A DNA stretch of 64,000 bases from an uncultured Candidatus Rokubacteria bacterium (GCA_963762145.1 CAVXJS010000011.1:800001-864000); one strand, 5' to 3'; positions 10,679-19,717 are shown, counted from the stretch's first letter. Program-made: numbers and translations. The notes: a model not told the origin generated them from the letters alone.

Positions 10679-11896
10679 CTATCCGTCTCCTAGGATGCTT
10701 TTGGGGTTCCAGGCAAGGCGCATGAAGGACGAGGACCGCACCGCGCCCGACCGAGAGGGTACGGCGGGGCGGTAGAGCCCGGCCGCCAGCTCGCGCAGAT
10801 TCTTGGCGATCTTGGAGCGGGCCGCCGCGGTGACGACCGGCTGACCGCCGTTGATGGCGGAGACCACGGTGGAGTAGTCGCTGGGGGTCCGCCAGTAGAC
10901 GGGCGCGCCGAGGACCTCCTGGGCGTGCTTGAGGGTCACGTCCTCCCCGGTCCCGTCCCGCATGACGACGATCTTGACTCGCTGGAGGTTGAGCCCGAGA
11001 TGGCGAAGGGCCACGAGGCCGGCCGAGCTCGACCGGAGGGCGGATACGGTCAGGCTGGTGAGATAGAGAATGGTGTCGGAGGCCTCCAGCGCCGCGATGG
11101 TGCCTGGATCGAAGTCGTGCCGGAGGTCGAGCACCACGTGACCGAAGTGGGATCGGATGATCTGGAGAGCCGCCTGGACCCGGTCGCCGGAGAGCTGGCT
11201 GCGCTCGATGCGGGTCGGGCCGGGGAGCACCATGAGCCCACTGGCGTGCTTGACGAGGAGTCCCTGGAGCAGGGAGTCGTCGAGGCGCTCGAGGCTCTCG
11301 AGCGCATCGAGCACCGAGTACGTGTAGCGGAGATTGAGAAAGGTTGCGACGTCGGACTGGCGGGTGTCGAGATCGATCAGGATGGCGCCGTCGGGCGCGC
11401 GCTCGGCGAGGCACACCGCCAGGTTCGTGGCGAGGGTCGTGACACCGAGCCCACCCTTCGTGGAGAAGACCGAGGTGATCCGCCCCGCCCGCGCGGCTGG
11501 CTGGCTGCCCCGGCGAAGGCGGAGGAGCTTCTCGAGCGCGGCGGCCAGATCGGCTCGCTGCACCGGGCGGCGCAGGAACTCCATCGCCCCGGCCCGGATC
11601 GCCTCGATCACGAAGTCGGCGGAAACGTCGGCACCGGTGGCGAAGACCGCGGCGTCGGGGAAGGCGCGCGTCAAGGCGCCCACCACGTTTGCCGGGGAGC
11701 CGTCCGCCGTCTCGTGCGCGACGAGGTCGACGATCACCAGGTCGGGCTTCCGGCTTGGTCCCTCGTGGAGGGCCGGCGAGAGGCGTCCGAACTCGCCCAC
11801 GACCTGCACGGTGGCGATCGCCCCGAGTAGCCGCTTCAGGAGCGCGGTGGACTCGGTGTCGCCACCGACGATGAGGATCCGGAGTGTCGCGGTCAT
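10679..11896 (-). CDS. cpaE: CpaE/TadZ pilus localisation protein (receiver-like + ParA/MinD-like)
   Basis: N-terminal receiver-like domain, deviant Walker A STKGGLGVTTLATNLA, position within the tad operon. Confidence 0.88.
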   Translation of the reverse strand: MTATLRILIVGGDTESTALLKRLLGAIATVQVVGEFGRLSPALHEGPSRKPDLVIVDLVAHETADGSPANVVGALTRAFPDAAVFATGADVSADFVIEAIRAGAMEFLRRPVQRADLAAALEKLLRLRRGSQPAARAGRITSVFSTKGGLGVTTLATNLAVCLAERAPDGAILIDLDTRQSDVATFLNLRYTYSVLDALESLERLDDSLLQGLLVKHASGLMVLPGPTRIERSQLSGDRVQAALQIIRSHFGHVVLDLRHDFDPGTIAALEASDTILYLTSLTVSALRSSSAGLVALRHLGLNLQRVKIVVMRDGTGEDVTLKHAQEVLGAPVYWRTPSDYSTVVSAINGGQPVVTAAARSKIAKNLRELAAGLYRPAVPSRSGAVRSSSFMRLAWNPKSILGDG

Positions 11897-11909
11897 CTCG
11901 ATCCCTCGC

Positions 11910-13349
11910 TCATCGGGTCGGCAGATTGCTCTGACCGAACGGGCGCGTCACGACGTCACCCACTCCGGGGATGCCCGGGACGAGCGTGAAGTCCTTCTTC
12001 TCGTCTTCACGGAGGTCCAGGAGCCGCCGGGCGTCAACCCCGGAGCCCGGGGCGTCGGGCTTCACGAGCTTTGCGGTGACGAGGAAGAGCAGCTCGGTCT
12101 CGTTGTTCTGGAAGCGCGTGCTGCGGAAGAGGGCACCCAGGATCGGGATGTCCCCGAGGATCGGGATCTTAGCCACCGCCTGGCGCACCTCGTTGTTGAT
12201 CAGCCCGGCGATCGCGAAGGACTCGCCGTCCTTCACGTTGATCGTGGTGGCGGCCTCGTTCTTCCGGATGACCGGGATATTGAACCCGGCCGAGACCAGG
12301 CCCTGGCTGAAGTCCAGGCTGGAGACCTCCGGCCGGATCTTGAGGTTGATGTTCTCCCCGTCCTGGACCACCGGCAGGAACACGAGCCCCACGCCGAACT
12401 CCTTGAACTGGACGGTGATCGTGTTGTTGTCCTGGGAAATCGGGTAGGGGAACTCGCCCCCCGAGAGGAACTTGGCTTCCTTCCCACTCTGCGTTACCAG
12501 GTTGGGCTTGGCCAGCGTGCGAAGGACGTTGCGGTCGGCTAGCGCGCGCACCACTCCGGCATAGTCACGACTGCCGGAGGAGAGGAAGATGTTGCTGCCC
12601 GCGAGTCCGAAGTCGGGCGAGGTCTGGCCGAAGAGGCCGTTGGCCACCACGGGGCCGACGGCGCCGAGCATCAAGCTGAACGGGTTGCCGGGGGTGGCGG
12701 CGCCCTGGAACGTCTGCCCGAGCGCCCGGGCACTGAACCCGAGCTCCTTCAGGGCCGCGCGGGCGATCTCGGCCACGTGGACCTGGAGCATCACCTGCTG
12801 AGGCTTGACGTCGGTCAGGCTGAGGAGGCTCACCACCTTGCCCTTGGGGGCAAAGACCGAGGCGACCTCGACGACGCCGGCGATCGTGCGCTCGCTCGAG
12901 ACGCTGCCCTCGAGGATGATGGCGTCCTGCGCCGGGTGGATCTGGATGTCGTCGCGGGGAGCAACCTGCTTGATCCGTTCCCGGAGCAGGGCCAGGTCGC
13001 TCTGCACGACCAGGTCGAAGAAGACGGTCTTCGTTGGGTAGAATGCCACGAGCGACGTCGTGCCGACCGCCTTGCCGTTGATGAGGATCTGGCTGGGCGT
13101 GACCACGAAGACGTCCGCGATGGCCGGGTTCGTGACCGAGACCCGGGTGAACGCCTCCTGGAGGTTCAGCACCTGCGACTTGCCGATGGTCACGTCGAGC
13201 CGGATGAGCCCGGGCTCGGCGGCGAAGGCTGGGAGCTGAGCTCCCGCGAAGAGCAGCAGCGTGGCGGCGAGCAGCGAGACCGCAACGCGGGCTCCTGGGC
13301 GATGGTGTCGTGGCATTGCGCGCATATCCCCCATGTCTGGCGATCTCAC
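11910..13349 (-). CDS. cpaC: CpaC/RcpA secretin
   Basis: Signal peptide; NPAIADV N-domain; QVMLQVHVAE; FLSGGEFPYP; KIPILGDIPILGALFRS; ETELLFLVT. Confidence 0.93.
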   Translation of the reverse strand: MRSPDMGDMRAMPRHHRPGARVAVSLLAATLLLFAGAQLPAFAAEPGLIRLDVTIGKSQVLNLQEAFTRVSVTNPAIADVFVVTPSQILINGKAVGTTSLVAFYPTKTVFFDLVVQSDLALLRERIKQVAPRDDIQIHPAQDAIILEGSVSSERTIAGVVEVASVFAPKGKVVSLLSLTDVKPQQVMLQVHVAEIARAALKELGFSARALGQTFQGAATPGNPFSLMLGAVGPVVANGLFGQTSPDFGLAGSNIFLSSGSRDYAGVVRALADRNVLRTLAKPNLVTQSGKEAKFLSGGEFPYPISQDNNTITVQFKEFGVGLVFLPVVQDGENINLKIRPEVSSLDFSQGLVSAGFNIPVIRKNEAATTINVKDGESFAIAGLINNEVRQAVAKIPILGDIPILGALFRSTRFQNNETELLFLVTAKLVKPDAPGSGVDARRLLDLREDEKKDFTLVPGIPGVGDVVTRPFGQSNLPTR

Positions 13350-13819
13350 TTCTTAGCGGGCTCGGAAACGTCGGGCTTGATCTGGCCTAGCTCCTGCCAG
13401 CGCTGGTCCTTGTCTCGGGCAAAGAGCTGCTCGGTCATGCTGCCACCGCGCTGCACCAGCACCGAGTGGGGCGGCTCCACCCCGCTCGGCGCGGTGACCG
13501 TGCCCACCGGCGACGGATGCACGACCAGGTCGAACTGCCGCGCCGACTTGCCGGAGAAGATGACCAGCGAGGTGATCCCGGGAGTTTTCCCGACGACCAG
13601 GAGCTGGGTCGGGCTGATCACCTGGACGTCGGCAATGTTCGGATTGGCGACCGCGACCTTGCGGGCCGGATCACCGATCTCAAGCACGTGCGACCGATCC
13701 ATGCCCAGGTACAACCGACTGAGTGACTGTGACTGCGCCGCGGATGACCCCGGGGTCACGGCTGCCGCCGCGAGGCCCATGAGCGCGTAGCCGGCGAGGC
13801 GAGCGAGGTGCGGTCGCAT
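13346..13819 (-). CDS. Stand-alone pilus-formation N-terminal domain protein
   Basis: Signal peptide + VAVANPNIADVQVISPTQLLVVGKTPGITSL, paralogous to the N-domain of the adjacent secretin. Confidence 0.8.
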   Translation of the reverse strand: MRPHLARLAGYALMGLAAAAVTPGSSAAQSQSLSRLYLGMDRSHVLEIGDPARKVAVANPNIADVQVISPTQLLVVGKTPGITSLVIFSGKSARQFDLVVHPSPVGTVTAPSGVEPPHSVLVQRGGSMTEQLFARDKDQRWQELGQIKPDVSEPAKK

Positions 13820-14709
13820 CAGCGGTCTCCTCTGGGCGCCTGTTGCTCGCTCCAGGCGTGGTCGCGATCGCGGACGAAGACCTGCTCACTCACCTTCGTT
13901 CCCCGGATGACCGCCACCGGATGCTTCTCGATGGACGGCAGCGGGAGCGGCGCGCTACGGGCCACGACCGCCTTCGCGGTGGGCTGCGGAGCGGCCGAGG
14001 GCAGGTCGGAGAGCAGGGAGGTCGGGGTCGCACCCGGCGTCCTGACCACGTCGGTGTCCCGGAGGTTCCGCTGCACGAGCATGAGCTTCCCTTCCGCCTG
14101 CGCTACCGCAAGACGCTCGGTTTGCTGTGGGGTCAGCGCCAAGGTCACGGTCGTGTTGGTCACGGGCTTGTTGTCCTTCATCTCGACGGTCTGGCCGGCG
14201 GCCAGGACCGTGACGTCCTGCAGGATCACCTTGGCGATCTTCTCGTTCGCGCCGGGCGCCTTGGGCATGCTCACCAGCACGTCCACCCGGCTGTTGGGCA
14301 GCACGAAGCCGCTGTCGCGGGTGGCGTCGTCGAGCTTGATGGTCACCCCGCGCTGGCCCTCGGGCACCAGCATGGGCATGATGCCGCCCTTCCCGGAGAG
14401 CTGCGGGGCGAGCTTGGCCTCCATCAGCGGCTCCCCGGCCACGATGGATCCGCGCACCACGCGCCCTTCGGCGTCCGCGAGATTCCGGACCGCGCCCGGA
14501 GGGACCGAGGCCTTGGGCCAGGGGACGAGCTTCACGTGCTGACCGGTGATGGTCTCCGCGAGGCCGATGTTGGCCGCCGCCACCACGATGCGGTCGGACT
14601 GGTCGTCACTGGCCCGGGCCACCTGGCTCACCACGCGGTAGACGAGAAGGCTCGCGAGGAGGCCGATGAGAGAGGCGCACACCACAATCAGCAGCAATCG
14701 CCGACGCAT
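13819..14709 (-). CDS. cpaB: Flp pilus assembly protein CpaB/RcpC
   Basis: N-terminal TM, SAF domain, GFVLPNSRVDVLV, TVTLALTPQQTERL; start at MRRRLLLIV (ATG 14709, GGAAGG upstream). Confidence 0.92.
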   Translation of the reverse strand: MRRRLLLIVVCASLIGLLASLLVYRVVSQVARASDDQSDRIVVAAANIGLAETITGQHVKLVPWPKASVPPGAVRNLADAEGRVVRGSIVAGEPLMEAKLAPQLSGKGGIMPMLVPEGQRGVTIKLDDATRDSGFVLPNSRVDVLVSMPKAPGANEKIAKVILQDVTVLAAGQTVEMKDNKPVTNTTVTLALTPQQTERLAVAQAEGKLMLVQRNLRDTDVVRTPGATPTSLLSDLPSAAPQPTAKAVVARSAPLPLPSIEKHPVAVIRGTKVSEQVFVRDRDHAWSEQQAPRGDR

Positions 14710-14726
14710 AGTCGTGTCCTGCCTTC

Positions 14727-15161
14727 CTATTCGCGCCGCATTCTGACCGTCTCCTGAAGTACCAGGGGGCTGCCCGGGGTACCCAGGATCGGCAGGAAGA
14801 GCGGAACGACGGTTTCGAAATTGATGGTCACAGTCGCCTGCACCTGAGAGTCGGGCGGGCAGGCGGTCGCGGAGCACGTCACCGACACGCTGGCCGCGGT
14901 GAGGTTCGCCGCGCTCAGCACTTCGCTGATGCGCGTCAGGGCCGGGCCGTTGTCGAATGTGGGGCTACTCGGGTTCGGCGGCGGCGTCACCACTCCCACG
15001 CGCGCCCCTTCTCGGGCGGCGTTGGTGGCGATATTGGATGCCAGCCATGCTCGACTCAGCTCGAGAGACGCGAGGAAGATGAACAGCAGCGTCGGCAGGA
15101 CCACGAGGAACTCGAGGGTGGAGGTGCCTCGCTGATTGCGCAACCGTCTTATGAGTGTCAT
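14727..15161 (-). CDS. tadE: TadE-family pseudopilin
   Basis: NQRG|TSTLEFLVVLPTLL...AAREGAR. Confidence 0.9.
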   Translation of the reverse strand: MTLIRRLRNQRGTSTLEFLVVLPTLLFIFLASLELSRAWLASNIATNAAREGARVGVVTPPPNPSSPTFDNGPALTRISEVLSAANLTAASVSVTCSATACPPDSQVQATVTINFETVVPLFLPILGTPGSPLVLQETVRMRRE

Positions 15162-15181
15162 GGTCTTTGGCCTTGTGCCAG

Positions 15182-15209
15182 CTTCCGGGGCCCGTTTGGG
15201 CCCCGGAAG
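15182..15209. other. 12-bp GC hairpin between flp and tadE (probable mRNA-stabilising or attenuating stem-loop)
   Basis: CTTCCGGGGCCC-GTTT-GGGCCCCGGAAG perfect inverted repeat just after the flp stop; no U-tract on the coding strand. Confidence 0.6.
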
Positions 15210-15222
15210 TCGGCGTGGTGTC

Positions 15223-15399
15223 CTACGTGACGATACCGGTCAGCTTGGTGGTGATGTCGGCGATGACTGCGTCGATACCGCCCTTGAGGGTGCCGGGATA
15301 GACGGCCGCCGCCAGCATCACGATCAGCGCGCCCACCGCGATCCACTCGAGCGTCTCGACGCCACGCTCGTCCTTCAGGTATCCGAGAATCCTCTTCAT
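15223..15399 (-). CDS. flp: Flp family (type IVc) major pilin
   Basis: MKRILGYLKDERG|VETLEWIAVGALIVMLAAAV; 58 aa; AGGAG-like RBS; lies at the head of the tad genes. Confidence 0.85.
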   Translation of the reverse strand: MKRILGYLKDERGVETLEWIAVGALIVMLAAAVYPGTLKGGIDAVIADITTKLTGIVT

Positions 15400-15508
15400 T
15401 GCCTGTCTCTCTCCTGTGCTCACCGCCCGTTCCGGGCGTGAGGCCTAGAAGTTCACTGCACCTGACTCCTGCTCTCCTACGCCGACTGGTGGCTCGCCCT
15501 CACCCCCT

Positions 15509-15766
15509 TCATCCGACCTGATCCGGATTTGACTGCACGTCGTATGCCCTCACGTTCACGAACCCGCCGCACTCGAGCGCCAGCACCACCGCGTCGATGC
15601 GCCCCCGAGGAATCCGGAATCCCACTGCGCCCGGCTTGATCATTTCCACGCCGTGCTCCGAGACCCCATCGAGGAGCCCTGCCTGCTCGAGCACCTCGAA
15701 CACCAGGGGAGCTTGCCCACCGTTGTGATCGACCTTTACGACGACGAGCGACTCGGTGTTGCGCAC
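15509..15766 (-). CDS. Small hypothetical protein (~85 aa) upstream of flp
   Basis: GTG start with AAAGGGA RBS, downstream of the sigma54-like promoter; globular-looking sequence. Confidence 0.5.
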   Translation of the reverse strand: MRNTESLVVVKVDHNGGQAPLVFEVLEQAGLLDGVSEHGVEMIKPGAVGFRIPRGRIDAVVLALECGGFVNVRAYDVQSNPDQVG

Positions 15767-15857
15767 GTCGGGTCCCTTTCGAGCCTCCGGAGTTTCCGGA
15801 GGTAGTATTCCGCTCTGAACCGCTCGTCTTTCCGATCGCGTTGTGGAGTGGCCGTAG

Positions 15858-15874
15858 TGCAGCCGGTATGCCAA
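15858..15874 (-). promoter_or_regulatory. Putative sigma54 (-24/-12) promoter for the flp/tad operon
   Basis: TTGGCATACCGGCTGCA = GG-N10-GC with TGGCA; divergent from a GAFTGA-containing activator. Confidence 0.7.
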
Positions 15875-15964
15875 GAGTCGGAAAGTATGAGCGGAACCCG
15901 CGAGGGGTCCAGGCTTGTCGCGTAGTTGCACCTACGCCAGCTGCAGATCGGATTCGAGTCGCTT

Positions 15965-16084
15965 TTCATGCGCGCCTGCATGAACACGACGCCGAAGGGC
16001 CAGAGGAGCGGAGAGCTTGCGGCGTGATCTTTCCTTGCTGCAGCGTTGATTAGAGGGCATGTGTCCGGGCATGCAGGAGCGCAT
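15965..16084. promoter_or_regulatory. Putative upstream activator sites, ATGC-N6-GCAT
   Basis: TTCATGC-GCGCCT-GCATGAA (15965-15984), ATGT-N6-GCAT (16059-16072), ATGC-AGGAGC-GCAT (16071-16084), about 95-210 bp upstream of the sigma54 site. Confidence 0.55.
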
Positions 16085-16284
16085 ATCACTATCTCCGCGC
16101 GAATACCTTGCGCGGGAATTGGTGGGAGGCAAGACCCTCGGCCGTTAGCCAAATTGGGATAAATGTTTCCCTCTGCGTCGGGCACGCAATTCGTGCCGGT
16201 TGCTACTTCGAGCTAAAACGCCCGCTTCGACTCGGATTGCACTCAGAATTCCGGGTTGGCATCGGTCATGCGATTCCGTGCGCA

Positions 16285-17766
16285 ATGGCCATGGAATCGG
16301 TGCCGCTCGACTCGAGCAAACCGCTGGCGGCGGCCGACTCGGCGCCGGATCTGGGTGTCTTAGGTCGGAAGCCGAGCGAGCACGTCCTTCGACACGAGAT
16401 GCTGGCCGCCATGGTGGAGGGAGCCCGTGAGGGTTTGTGCATCATGGACCCCCGGTCGGTTTTGCTTCATAGCAACCAGGTGGCCGGGGAACTCCTGGGG
16501 TTCGATCCGAAGGAGGCGGCGGGCCGGTCGGTTCGCGATCTCGGTGAGGAGCGCGACTTCGACTGGTCCCTGGTCGGAGACGTGGTGACGGGCCGCGTCG
16601 CGGTATCCACCATACAGACCCTCCGAACGGGCCGGAAGCTGCTGGTCTCCGGAGTTCCCATCTGGTCAGACGATGGGGAGCTCTCCTTCATCGTCGTGAC
16701 GATTCGCGAGATCACCGGGATGGGCCGGGTGATGAGCCGGCTGCGCGACGCGGTCGAACTCGTGGAACAGTCTCGCTCCACGCTGGCCATCATCCCGGCC
16801 CGCGAGCTGCAGCTCGATGACATCGTCGCTCAGAGCCCGACGCTGGCAGAGGTGCGGGGGACCGCGCTCCAGTATGCCGCCGTGGACTCGACGATACTGC
16901 TGCTCGGCGAGACGGGCGCCGGCAAGGGGATGTTTTCGCGGCTGATCCACCAGGCCTCGCCGCGCGCGGCGGGGCCATTTCTCGAGGTGAACTGCGGGGC
17001 GATCCCTGAGGGGTTGATGGAGGCTGAGCTGTTCGGGTACGCCAAGGGTGCCTTCACCGGCGCGGATCCCAGGGGCAAGATTGGGCTGGTCGAGCTCGCG
17101 CACAAGGGCACGCTGCTGCTCAACGAGATCGGCGACCTGCCACTAGGACTGCAGGTCAAGCTATTGCGCTTCTTGGAGGACGGCGAGGTCTGGGCGGTCG
17201 GCGCGGTCAAGCCGAAGCGCCCAGACGTGCGGATCATTGCCTCGACCAACCGGGATCTATCTGGGATGATCGCCGCGGGGACGTTCCGCGGGGATCTCTT
17301 CTATCGGCTCAACGTCCTGTGTCTCGAGATTCCGCCTCTGCGCAAGCACGCCGAGGACATTCCGGGCCTGGTGGAGCTGACGCTCTCGCGGCTCGAGCGA
17401 AGGCTCAAGCGGCGCCGGACCATCACGCCCGCGGCGCTGCGTCGGCTCTCACTTCATCCCTTTCCCGGCAATGTGCGGGAGCTGCTAAACCTGGTGGAGC
17501 GGCTCATGGTGACCAGTACCCGCGATCCGATCGACATCGGAGACTTGCCAGAGGCGCTGCTGAGCGGACTGGATGAGACGCCGGGTTCGCTCCCGGACAG
17601 CGTGCCGACGTTGCGAAAGGCGCTCCAGAAGGTGGAGAGTCAGATCTTGAGGGATGCATTGGCACGCTACCAGACGCAGGCTCTCGCCGCGAAGCACCTG
17701 GGTATCACCCAGTCCACCGTGGCCCGCAAGGCCAAGCGGTATGGCCTCGAGAGCCGCGTCTCGTGA
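16285..17766 (+). CDS. PAS-domain sigma54-dependent transcriptional activator (bEBP, TyrR-type HTH)
   Basis: PAS domain; GETGAGK; ELFGYAKGAFTGA; LQVKLLRFLE; FPGNVREL; C-terminal AAKHLGITQSTVARK. Start ATG 16285 or 16291. Confidence 0.92.
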   Translation: MAMESVPLDSSKPLAAADSAPDLGVLGRKPSEHVLRHEMLAAMVEGAREGLCIMDPRSVLLHSNQVAGELLGFDPKEAAGRSVRDLGEERDFDWSLVGDVVTGRVAVSTIQTLRTGRKLLVSGVPIWSDDGELSFIVVTIREITGMGRVMSRLRDAVELVEQSRSTLAIIPARELQLDDIVAQSPTLAEVRGTALQYAAVDSTILLLGETGAGKGMFSRLIHQASPRAAGPFLEVNCGAIPEGLMEAELFGYAKGAFTGADPRGKIGLVELAHKGTLLLNEIGDLPLGLQVKLLRFLEDGEVWAVGAVKPKRPDVRIIASTNRDLSGMIAAGTFRGDLFYRLNVLCLEIPPLRKHAEDIPGLVELTLSRLERRLKRRRTITPAALRRLSLHPFPGNVRELLNLVERLMVTSTRDPIDIGDLPEALLSGLDETPGSLPDSVPTLRKALQKVESQILRDALARYQTQALAAKHLGITQSTVARKAKRYGLESRVS

Positions 17767-17785
17767 GATTCGATCGTAGTCCCGG

Positions 17786-18103
17786 CTAGTAGGATCGTGC
17801 TGACTTGAAGTCCTCACCCGTCAGCACCCATCGGCCGCCGCAGCCGCCCTTCACGAAATCAGCGGCTTCCTGGTAGAGCGCGCCAAAGGTCAGCGCCATC
17901 GTGGCAACCCAGAGCACGCCGCTCATACCACAGACGATGGCTTTCCCGGGAACGTAGAGGACGTCGCTGGCCACGGCGGCCGCCGTTGCCCCGGCGCCCG
18001 GCGCCTCCGTAGGTGTCGACGTGTCCTGTGCCCAGCTCTGGTGCGCGCACGTTCCAATGAGGAACGAAACCAACAGGCCGGCCATCCATCGATTCGAAGT
18101 CAT
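17786..18103 (-). CDS. Small exported hypothetical protein
   Basis: GGAGG RBS, signal peptide (AHQSWA), Cys pair; has its own sigma70 promoter. Confidence 0.65.
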   Translation of the reverse strand: MTSNRWMAGLLVSFLIGTCAHQSWAQDTSTPTEAPGAGATAAAVASDVLYVPGKAIVCGMSGVLWVATMALTFGALYQEAADFVKGGCGGRWVLTGEDFKSARSY

Positions 18104-18148
18104 CGTCGCCTCCGCTATGCAGATTTGCATGAACAGCGCTCTCACGCG

Positions 18149-18169
18149 CCGCGTCCGGTCCGGACGCGG
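18149..18169. other. Perfect palindrome at the predicted transcript 5' end
   Basis: CCGCGTCCGG-T-CCGGACGCGG immediately downstream of the -10 box. Confidence 0.5.
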
Positions 18170-18174
18170 GACGC

Positions 18175-18203
18175 ACTGTAGTCAGGGGAAACCGAACTGT
18201 CAA
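18175..18203 (-). promoter_or_regulatory. sigma70 promoter
   Basis: TTGACA-N17-TACAGT on the minus strand. Confidence 0.75.
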
Positions 18204-18398
18204 GAGGCGATGCCAATGTGGAGCGGCGAGAGATGCGGCGGTAGCGTGCCGGCTGTCGCACGCCATCCTGATCGGCCGTCCTGACGCACGAGTGGGACGG
18301 ATAGCTCGAGGTCGTGCTCGACACATCGGCCAGCTCGTATTCAGGCGCAACGCCAAATGCTCGCCGATCCGCCTGAGCGCCCCGAGCGGCGGGCCCTC

Positions 18399-18824
18399 TC
18401 AGCGCCGCTGGAGCAGGTCGCGGATCTCGCCCAGCAGCCGGATCTCGGCGGTGGGTTCGGGAGGCGCCGCCGGCGCCGCTTCTTCCTGGCGCCGCAGGCG
18501 GTTGAGCATCTTCACCACGAAGAACAGCGCCGCCGTGACGATCAGGAAGGAGATCACCGCGTTGATGAAGAGGCCCAGGGCCAGGACCACCGCACCTCCG
18601 TCGCGCGCCGCCTTCACCGAGGCGTACGCGGCGCCGCTCGGATTGCGCAGCACGACGTAGAGATTGCTGAAGTCGGGGGTGCCGATGATGCCCGAGATGA
18701 TCGGCATCAGCAGGTCGGTGACGAGGGAGGTGACCACCGTCCCGAAGGCCGCGCCGATGATGATGCCGACGGCCATGTCCATCATGTTGCCCTTGATCGC
18801 GAATTCCTTGAACTCCTTCAGCAT
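18399..18824 (-). CDS. mscL: Large-conductance mechanosensitive channel
   Basis: MLKEFKEFAIKGNMMDMAVGIIIGAAFG...LLGEIRDLL. Confidence 0.97.
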   Translation of the reverse strand: MLKEFKEFAIKGNMMDMAVGIIIGAAFGTVVTSLVTDLLMPIISGIIGTPDFSNLYVVLRNPSGAAYASVKAARDGGAVVLALGLFINAVISFLIVTAALFFVVKMLNRLRRQEEAAPAAPPEPTAEIRLLGEIRDLLQRR

Positions 18825-18849
18825 GCGCTCGCCTCCTCCTCGTTGACAC

Positions 18850-19629
18850 TCAGTTGCCTACTTGGACGGGAGCGCCCAGTTCTCGCAGCATCGCGATCGC
18901 GGACAGGTACGAGAGGCGGCCGGTCCGCGGGTTCTCCGACGGCACGTTCTCGACCTCGATGCGCAGGGTCCCGAACTCCCCTTCGACCGTGATCCGGTGC
19001 TGATTGCGCGCCTGTCCCGGCACCGCGTAGAGCTTGATGCGGGTCCGCTCGGGCCCGATGCCGGCCAGGGACAGCGCGGCCACCACGTTGACGTTGGCCG
19101 GGAACGCCTTGACCGCGTCGGTGGCCGGGCCCTCGAAGATCAGCGTCTCGGTGGTGATGGCGTCCAGATCGATCCGGTGCTGCTCGATGTAGGGCGCGCC
19201 CGCCAGGCCGCGCGGAGGCTTGCGCGTCTCCATGGTGACGGCGGTGATCGCGCCTTCCCGGGCCCCCTTCACGCCGTCGAGGCCGGCGATGGCGCCGGAC
19301 GGCACCAGGATGCGGCAGCCGTGCTTCTCGGCGATCCGGGCCCACTCGTCCAGCACCCCGACCAGGGCGCCGACCGAGAGCACCATGAGGTGCTTGCCCG
19401 CCGCGAGCACCGCGGGGCCGAACTCGCGCAGCGAGGCCTGGGTGGCGGCTTCCACGATGAGATCCGCGCGCTCGATCAGCGTGGGCAGCGGCAGCACGGG
19501 GTAGCCGCCGGCGGTCGAGGCACTCCGCACGCTCACGCCCGTCAGGACGGTTCCGGGAATGCCGCGGGTCAGCGCCTCCGCGACGCGGTGCCCGATGACA
19601 CCCATGCCGACGATTCCGATCTTGAGCAT
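18850..19629 (-). CDS. nadX: L-aspartate dehydrogenase
   Basis: GMGVIG Rossmann motif; PSGAIAGLDG; TRKPP; FPANVNV; NQH; PSENPRT. Confidence 0.85.
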   Translation of the reverse strand: MLKIGIVGMGVIGHRVAEALTRGIPGTVLTGVSVRSASTAGGYPVLPLPTLIERADLIVEAATQASLREFGPAVLAAGKHLMVLSVGALVGVLDEWARIAEKHGCRILVPSGAIAGLDGVKGAREGAITAVTMETRKPPRGLAGAPYIEQHRIDLDAITTETLIFEGPATDAVKAFPANVNVVAALSLAGIGPERTRIKLYAVPGQARNQHRITVEGEFGTLRIEVENVPSENPRTGRLSYLSAIAMLRELGAPVQVGN

Positions 19630-19717
19630 GACGGGGCGTCCTTTCCCTTCGGAGAGTCTGGCGATGATAGCAGCCGCCCCCCGACCGCCACAAGGGACGT
19701 GCTAGAATCAGCGGCGG

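Noticed and set aside
16181-16197. GGCACG-CAATT-CGTGCC as a sigma54 promoter
   Set aside because: The GG-to-GC spacing is wrong on both strands. It could be another protein-binding palindrome, but it is a single unsupported instance.
1-18390. Tad region as a mobile genomic island (15.4-18.4 kb looks less GC-rich)
   Set aside because: No integrase, tRNA, att repeat or transposase is visible; the compositional impression is unquantified and the left end lies outside the window.
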